32,000 nt of DNA from an uncultured archaeon (lineage in GTDB: Archaea; Asgardarchaeota; Thorarchaeia; Thorarchaeales; Thorarchaeaceae), in the NCBI GenBank assembly GCA_964354495.1, contig CAYHAA010000010.1, positions 60,001-92,000 on the forward strand. Direction: 5' to 3'. This document shows, piece after piece, positions 7,724 to 16,700 of the stretch. Each line of letters begins with the position of its first letter. The stretch's first letter is position 1. Made by a program: the position numbers and the translations under genes. The notes beneath the pieces were generated by a model. It did not search any database. It saw only the letters and a list, made by a program, of their open reading frames with translations, and was not told the DNA's origin.

Positions 7724-10700
7724 TCATTCAGGTTCCATAAATGATTCTAGGAGGCTAATCAGTTCCTTCTTCGAGAGACGTTTCAGTTCGTCAGGGCTGA
7801 CAGTAGCTTTGAAATCTGAAGGAAGAAGCTCGACTAGTGTCTTCTTGTCCAGTTTTGATAGCTCCTTAATGCCGAGTGGAACATCTGAAACGCCAGCTTC
7901 CGCAGAGCGGGTTATTGGTTCAGGAAGCAGCTCCTTGGAAGGAGTATATGAGTCAAGAAGTGACTGAGCCTCCTTTCGAGACATCTTTTCGAGATCCTCT
8001 TTGGCTATAGCATCTCGAATCTCAGGAGGTAGTCTATCCAGGATTTCCTGCTTAGTCAGTGGTTTCTCCACTTCTATCGCAGGCATTGATTCAGGTAATG
8101 TCGTAGTCGCGGGAGCTGTTAATGCCTCAATGGTCTCCATCTCAACGTCTTCTGCCAACAGAGGTTCTTTCCTGACAGGTTCGGTCGGTTGGACCTCCTC
8201 AGCAACATGCAGCTCATCAGCAGACGTGCTAGTTGTCTCTATTTCCTCGATAGTCGGGGCCTCAGCCGCCCGGGGTACTTCAAGAGGTTCATGCACCTCT
8301 GAAACAGGGAGTTCGGCAGGCGGATAAGTGTCTGGCTCAGGTTCAGCTGGTTCAGTGCTAGTTTCTTCAATATGTGAATCAGCAGGAGCAGTGGCCGTTT
8401 CATCATATATTCCGAAGTCGGAGGGCTCAATATCGGTGATTCCTGCGCTGACTGCACCGTGTCTTCTGCGGGAAGCAATGAGTGCAACACCAATCAAACC
8501 GACACCCACACCGCCGCCAATCAGTAGGAGGGTCATCGTATCTGGGGCAAATCCCGGAACAGCAACCCATTCAATCTCTACGCTCAAATTGGCTGAATCG
8601 AGAGCGGAGATTCCATACAGGCTGTCTGATATGCTCTCAACAGAGAAAGTGTAGTTGCCTGCAGTGTTCCTAGTGACGCTAACGCTCCAATAGGCACCTG
8701 CTGAGTTGTATGTCATTGCATTGGTTGCACCAGTCAGAGATACCGAGCCACTAGTAAACGGACTCTCATCAAACTCGTATACGAGAGTGACTCGTATCTC
8801 TGTTGCAACTCCGACATCTTGGGAGAATGACGTCGCAGTGATTGAGGTCACCTGAACTCTGTCCCAGATGATCACCAGATCAGCAGCTGATTGTACGTAA
8901 CTGCTGATTTCACCAAGTGATGCAGAGATGATGCTGAATGAATAACTTCCTACGGTACTCTGAGTGACTGATGCCACATAGACACCACTGGATGGGATAC
9001 AAGTGATGTCGCCTGTCATCACGGCCACAACACCATTTGGTACGGTTACACCTGCGTTCTCAAGTCTTGCACTCCATTGGACCAAAGCCGTATCACCCAT
9101 ACCCAATCTGCTATGGTCAACAGATACTGAGTAGAATTCAATTCGGTCCCAATAGACAGTGACTTCATTCGAATCCATATTGAATTCAGTTATACCGTAG
9201 AGTGCGGCATTGCAGAGAGTAAGAAGGTCAAACGATACAGCTTGGTAGGTAGCCTCGGTGACATAGGTTTCCCATAGGCCGGACCCGACATGAGTCAGTG
9301 CATGACCTTCAATCGCAAATGTGCCGGAAGTGACAGACAACGCATCGTACTCATACTGTAGACCGACTATGACTCTCACATTGTCGCCGGGGTCATGGTA
9401 CAGCTCGTCAGCTGTGATTGAAGTGACTAGTACTCGGTCCCAAATGCAGTAGACAACATCATTGGAGAGGATGGCGGTGATTCCGAATGAATCATCCGCT
9501 GCAGAGAGGACAGTGTAGCCTTGTATCTGCGGCGTAGCGTACGAGAAGTAAGTGTTGTTCAGCGCGAGAGCTCCATCAAATGTAGCACCATCATATGCAT
9601 AGATGGCGCTCACGTAGATCCCCGTTGCGTTGGCTCCAACGTTGACTCGCATATCAGTCGGATTGGTCATGGTGATGATCAGAGCATCCCAGATTGCCTG
9701 CACATCAGTTGTAGAATCAGACCATTCTGTCAGCCCATGTATTGACTCTACAACTGAAACAACAGTGAATCCTGCAGATATCGGAACAGATGAGGTCTCC
9801 TGCCATCGCCAGTACGAGCCACCGGCGTTCCAGATCAAGGTCCTTGATCCATTGAGCTGGATCAGCAATCCACTCTGAATCTCAGTTCCGTTGTATTCGT
9901 ATCGTGCTCTCCACCATACTTCACAGTAGGAATTGATGTTGATTCGCAAGTCGACGACTCCAGCCAGATAGATCTCAATCCTGTCAGTGATGAAGGTGTC
10001 AGTGGGGCTGGTCGAGAAGTACAAGTCAGTACTCCCTGAGCCAGCACCCTCAGCCACAGTCTTGATGGTGTAGGTGTTCAACCTGATGGAGGCAGAGGAT
10101 CCAATGCTGGAGATACTGAAACTGCCAGCAGCCAGGTCACCATTCCAACTGCCTGCAACATCATGGATAATCCAGACATCAGTCTCATTTGCGAGAGGGC
10201 TAAGACTGGAGCCATAGTATGTGATGGACCCGGACACGACAAGGTCGGTGGTATTCACATCACCATGGTCGTCAGACAATGATGGTGTAACTGAATAATC
10301 AAGACGTGTTTCCACATCCCAGTTCGTCTCGTAGGAGTCTGAATCTGAATCAGTGCCATCGAAGACAGACTGCTCCACATCAGAATCAGCAGTGTGTTCA
10401 TGATCCCAACCTATTTTCAGATACCAGGTGATACTCAGCGTATTCCCAGCTCCGACTGCATCGGACATGCTGCCGATGACTACAACTGCGCCACCCACTT
10501 CGACAGAGAATGTATCGGTCGAATATGTGTATCGCACTCTCCAATATAGAGTAACTCGATCGTCAGAGTAGAGCGATAACTCGACATAGCTAATGTCTGC
10601 AAAGCCATCCGGGTCACTGACAGATGTAATGATGATGTAGTATCGATACCGAGCATATAGGCGGTCCGTATCATCTCCGTTAGTGAGTGTTGGAGCAGAA

Positions 10701-13700
10701 TCATTCATTGGAGGATTGTTGGGTTCAGAGGACCAGGTAACCAGCCAAGCGTTCGTAGAGAATGCTGTTATACTATAGTTCGATTCGAATGAGATACTAC
10801 GCGTTGTGTAGCTGTAGGAGATGTTGTACCCAACATCAACGAAGAGACTGACATTAGCACCAATGAATGAGTGCCACCATGTTGAGTTTCTCTGTACGAC
10901 TATCTGATATGATGTACAGGCGGCGTCATCATAATCAAAGATGACTGTAAGCGAGAAATTAGCTTGGACACCGTTCAAGGGAGTGGAATCATCAACTCCA
11001 ATCGTAATGACAAGCTGATCCCATATGCAATATGTCGCATCATTGGCTGAGATCGCTCTGATTCCATGAGTTCCACCACTTGCTGAGTCCACAGTGTACC
11101 ACTGAATCTGAGCTGTGCCGTAAGTGAACTGAGTGTTGTTAAGAATCAAAACACCGTCGAAAACAGAGCCATCATAGTCATGCACAGCACTAGTAACGAT
11201 ACCTGACGCATTAGTGTTGACATTGATACGTTGATCTGTGGAGTCACTGATGGTTATCGTAAGCGAGTCCCAGATACAATATGTTGCATCATTGGCTGAG
11301 ATCGCTGTGATACCATGAGTTCCACCACTCGCTGATAGGACTGTATACCACTGAATCTGTGCTGTTGAATACGTGAATTGTGTATTATTGAGAGTGAGAG
11401 ATCCATCAAAAGCCGACCCATCATAGTTGTAGACGGCGGCCACTATAATTCCAGAGGCATTTGTATTGATGTCAATGTGCTGGTCAAGTGGTTCTGTGAT
11501 GACTATCCTCAACGAGTCCCAGATACAGTAGGTCACATCGTTGTTGGAGATTGCAGTGATTCCAAAGGCACCACCACTCGCAGAACCCAGTGTGTACCAC
11601 TGGATCTGAGCTGTGCCATATGAGAACTGACTGTTGTTTAAGGTCAGAACACCATCGAAAACAGAGCCATCATAGTCGTAGATGGCGCTCACGATGATTC
11701 CTGTTGCATTCGCATTGATGTTTATTCGTTGGTCCGAAGGGTCTGTCAGTGATACAGTGAGTGAATCCCAGATGCAATAGGTCACATCATTCGCAGATAC
11801 TGCTGTAATCCCGTAGGTTCCTTCACTAACGCCCTGCACAGTGTACCACTGAATCTGAGCTGTGCTATAAGCAAACAGTGTGTTGTTCAGCGTAAGGATT
11901 CCATCGAATTCAGCGCCATCGTAGTCATAGACCGCTGTGATGACAATTCCAGATGCGTTTGTATTGATGTTTATTCGCTGGTCCAAGGGATCTGTAATCG
12001 AAATTGTCAGCGAGTCCCAGATGCAGTAGGTCACATCATTTGTCGAGATTGCTGTAATCCCATGAGTTCCACCTGAGACTGACTGTACTGTGTAAGCCTG
12101 CCTCTGTGAAATGCTGTAGGTAAATTGCGTGTTGTTGAGGGTTAGAGTGCCATCGAACGCAGCTCCATCATAATCGTAGGTTGCAGTCAAAATGATTCCC
12201 GTTGCATTCGCATTGACATTGATTCGCTGATCCAAGGGGGCGGTGAGGACAATAGTCAGTGAGTCCCAGATGCAGTAGGTCACATCATTTGTCGAGATTG
12301 CCGTAATCCCATGAGTCCCACCTGAAACTGATTGCACGGTGTAGCCCTGTTTCTGGGCTATGGCATATGCGAATTGAGTATTATTGAGGGTGAATGTGCC
12401 GTCGAATGCAGCACCATCATAGTCGTATATTACTGTTACCACGACGGCGGATGCATTGCTGCTTATATTGATTCGTTGATCAGTAGGGTCTGTAATGGCG
12501 ATAGTAAGTGAGTCCCAAATACAGTAGGTAACATCATTTGCTGAGATTGCTGTGATTCCATAAGTTCCCCCACTCACACCCTGAACAGTGTACCACTGAA
12601 TCTGAGCAGTAGCATAGACGAATTGCGTGTTGTTGAGTATGAGCATTCCGTCAAACGGTGCAGAGTCATAGTCATGGACTGCAGAAACAACTATTCCTGA
12701 AGCATTCGTATTGATGTTGATGCGCCGGTCCAGAGGGTCAGTAATCGTGATTGTAAGCGAGTCCCAGATGCAATAAGACACATCGTTACTTGAGATAGTA
12801 GTGATGCCATAGACCCCGCCGCTCGCACTCTGGACACTATACCACTGAATTTGAACACTGCTGTAGATGAATAGAGTGTTGTTCAGTGTCAATATACCAT
12901 CGAAAGTAGAGTCGTCATACTCATAGACAGCAGAAACGATTATTCCGGATGCGTTCGTATTGATATTGATACGTTGGTCGATGGGGTCAGTCATTATGAT
13001 TCTCAAAGAGTCCCAGATGCACCAAGTCATGTCGTTGGCCGATATTGCTGTGATTCCATAGGCCCCGCCACTCACGCTCTGAACAGTGTACCACTGGATT
13101 TGAGCAAGGGCATAGCTGAATTGAGTGTTATTGAGGCCGACTGTACCATCGAAGGCAGAACCATCATAGTCGTAGAATGCAGTCACGACTATCCCGGACG
13201 CATTCGTATTGACGTTGATACGCTGGTCAGAAGGATCAGTGACTACAACCGTGAGTGAGTCCCAAATACAATATGCTGCTTCATCAATGGAGACTGCTGT
13301 TATACCGAAGGCGCCACCACTCACTGAGCTCACCCGGTACCATTGAATCTGAGCCGTGGCGTAGCTGAATTGCGTGTTGTTCAGAGAGAGGACTCCATCA
13401 AATGCTGAGCCATCGTAATCATAGATGGCACTGATGACAATGCCAGAGGCGTTGGTGTTGATGTTAATTCGCTGATCTGACGGATCAGTGATTGTGATTG
13501 TGAGCGAGTCCCATATGCAATATGTGACGTCGTTGCTGGAAATCAGTGTAATTCCATAGGTATCACCTGAAGCCGACTGCACAGTGTAACCTTGCCTCTG
13601 AGCTACAGCGTACACGAATTGGGTGCTGTTAATGGTCAACGCACCATCGTACGTGGTGCCATCATAGTCGTATACCGCAGTAACTACAATACCTGACGCA

Positions 13701-16700
13701 TTGGTGTTGATGTTGATTCTTTGGTCAGCAGGATCTGTAATGATTATGGTCAGTGAGTCCCAGATGCAGTAGGTCGCGTCATTCACTGATATTGCAGTGA
13801 TTCCATATGCTCCGCCACTGACACCCTGAACAGTGTACCATTGAATCTGGGCTGCAGCATATGCGAATTGAGTGTTGTTTAGAGCTAGGACACCATCGAA
13901 GGCAGAACCATCATAATCATAAACTGCGGAAACTACGATTCCTGATGCGTTTGCATTGATATTGATTCGCTGATCGCCTGGATCGGTTATGGTTATTGAA
14001 ACAGCGTCCCAGATGCACCATGTCACATCGTTTGCTGAGATTGCAGTAATACCATATGTTCCACCACTTGCAGAGAGAGCAGTATACCACTGAATCTGAG
14101 CGGTGGAGTAGGCAAACTGCGTGTTATTCAAGCCGAGCGTGCCGTCAAACGGTGTGGAATCATAGTCGTAGGTAGCGCCGACTACTATCCCTGATGCATT
14201 CGCACCAATATTGATTCTCTGGTCCAACGGATTAGTGATTGTTACAGTCAGCGAGTCCCAGATACAGAAGGTCATGTCATTTGTCGATATGGCCGATATA
14301 CCGTATGATCCACTGCTTATCGAAGGAATTGTGTAGTACTGTATTTGCGCGGCCATGTAGGTGAATTGAGTATTGTTCAGAGTCAGGATACCGTCGAAGG
14401 CGGAGCCATCATAGTCGTAGATAGCAGAAACGATAATCCCGGATGCATTTGTATTGACATTGATGCGCTGGTCGAATGGGTCAGTGATTGTAATCGTGAC
14501 AGAGTCCCAGATACACCAAGTGACATCGTTTGCCGAGATGGCAGTGATGCCATAGGTTCCGCCACTGGCAGACATGACTGTATACCACTGAATCTGGGCC
14601 GTGGCGTAAGAGAACAGCGTGTTGTTCAGTGTCAGGGTACCGTCAAACGGCGAGGAGTCATAGTTGTAGACTGCAGTAACCACAACTCCTGATGCGTTCG
14701 CGTTGATGTTGATACGCTGATCTGATGGCTCGGTGACTGCTATTGTTAGCGAGTCCCAGATACAATATGTCATGTCATTGGTAGAGATTGCAGTGATGCC
14801 GAACGCTCCGCCACTCACTGAGCCGACTCGATACCATTGAATCTGGGCTGTTCCGTAGCTGAACTGCGTGTTGTTCAATGTGAGAATTCCGTCGAATAAC
14901 GAGCCATCATAGTCATAGACCACGCTCACAACAATGCCTGATGCATTGGCATTGATGTTGATTCGCTGATCCAACGGGTCGGAAACTGATATTGTAAGCG
15001 AGTCCCAGATGCAATACGTAACGTCATTGCTGGAGATCACGGTGATGCCGTATGTACCACCACTAGCAGATAGAACAGTGTACCACTGGATCTGAGCGGC
15101 AGGATAGGAGAACTGCGTGTTGTTGAGTGCGAGCGTTCCATCAAAAGGCGCGGAGTCATAGTTGTAGACTGCTGTGACTACTATTCCCGATGCATTCGTA
15201 TTGATGTTGATGCGTTGGTCGAATGGGTCAGTGATTGTAATTGTCAACGAGTCCCAGATGCAGTATGTTTCGTCGTTGACTCCAATGAGCGACACTCCAT
15301 GGACTCCTCCAGAGGCAGTCGATACTTCATATCCTCTTATTCCAACCGTGCCATAGTTGAAGACCGTATCATTAAGATTCAGAGTTCCATCGAAGCTCGT
15401 GTCGTCGTAGTCATAGATTGCTGATGCAACAATGCCTGTTGCGTTGGCACCTGTGTCAATCCTCTGATCGATCGGATCGGTGAGCGTTATGATTAATCGA
15501 TCGGCAATATAGGTGTCAGTTGCACTGCTCGTATAGAATAAATCAGTGCCTCCTGCACCAGCTCCCTCCTCAACCACCTTGACCGTGTATGTGTCTAGAC
15601 CTACTAGATTGTCAGCGTAGCAAGTGACATTAAAAGCCCCTGAGGTGGGAGTGAGATCGCTCCAAGGCCCAACGTTAGTCCCATATTCTGAGGCAGAAAC
15701 CCAAATATCGACAGCTGTTGAAGAGGGCGCAACATTCACAGAACCGTAGTAGATGACAGTTCCTGTCAGTGAGAATGATCCATCTACATTGCCTCTATCT
15801 GGAGTCCCAGAGCTGTCGCTGACATGTGGCAAAACAGAGTATTCCAGCCTTGTTTCAATGTCCCAGTCAACTTCATACCATGTCGTTGTTGATTCGTTCT
15901 GAGCGTCTTCGACATAGCATCTTGCATCTATGTCAGTAGAATCAGGGAAGTCCCAATCAATTGTGAAGAAGAAGGTGGCATCAATATCATTGCCGCTCTT
16001 GGTTGCCGATGAACTTCCTGTATTCAATGTGACAAAGTTGCCACCATCGAATTGCTCTGAGAACACGCTTGTGTCCTCATCATATCTGAATCTACAGAAC
16101 TCTGTTGCCCGGGTATCGTCCCAAAGCCCAATTTCCAGAAAGTCGATGTCTGCGAATCCGTTCTGGTCGGATACGTAAACACTGACCTGATACTCTGCGT
16201 ATTGAGCGTACATGTTATCAGTATCGGTAGGGTTGTTCAGATAGGGTATCTGATCAATCAGGGGAGTATAGCTTGGGGTCCACGTATGCAATAGGACAGC
16301 ATCAATCTCCCATGTGTCCTGTGTTGTATCTCCTGTTTCAGTTCCGCCAAGAAATCTGACTTCGAACGCCGAACTGGTCAGGTACGAAGAAACACTGACA
16401 TTGTTCCACTGGTCCGGAGTGAGGTCCGCGAGGGCATTGATCCAAGTCCCGCTCCAGACATCAATCTTGATGTCTTCAGTCGGCCAGCCACCCCCTGTGA
16501 CAGGGTAGATGCATAAGTATTCGTAGGTTTCATCGTAGTCTGCAGCAGTCCATCCAACCTCCAAGTCAAGTCCATAGCTCCATGATGAAGGAGTCCAACA
16601 ATGAAGTAAGATACCCTCTATCTGCCAAGAACCCTGATAGGCATCATCGGTCTGCATGCTGTCTACGAATCTGATTTCGAAGGATGACGTAGTGAGATAG

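Noticed and set aside
11027-15508. Regular repeats as a CRISPR array or DGR template/variable pair
   Set aside because: The units are 249-bp in-frame coding repeats with no spacers. Differences are mainly synonymous and not adenine-specific, and there is no cas or reverse transcriptase gene.
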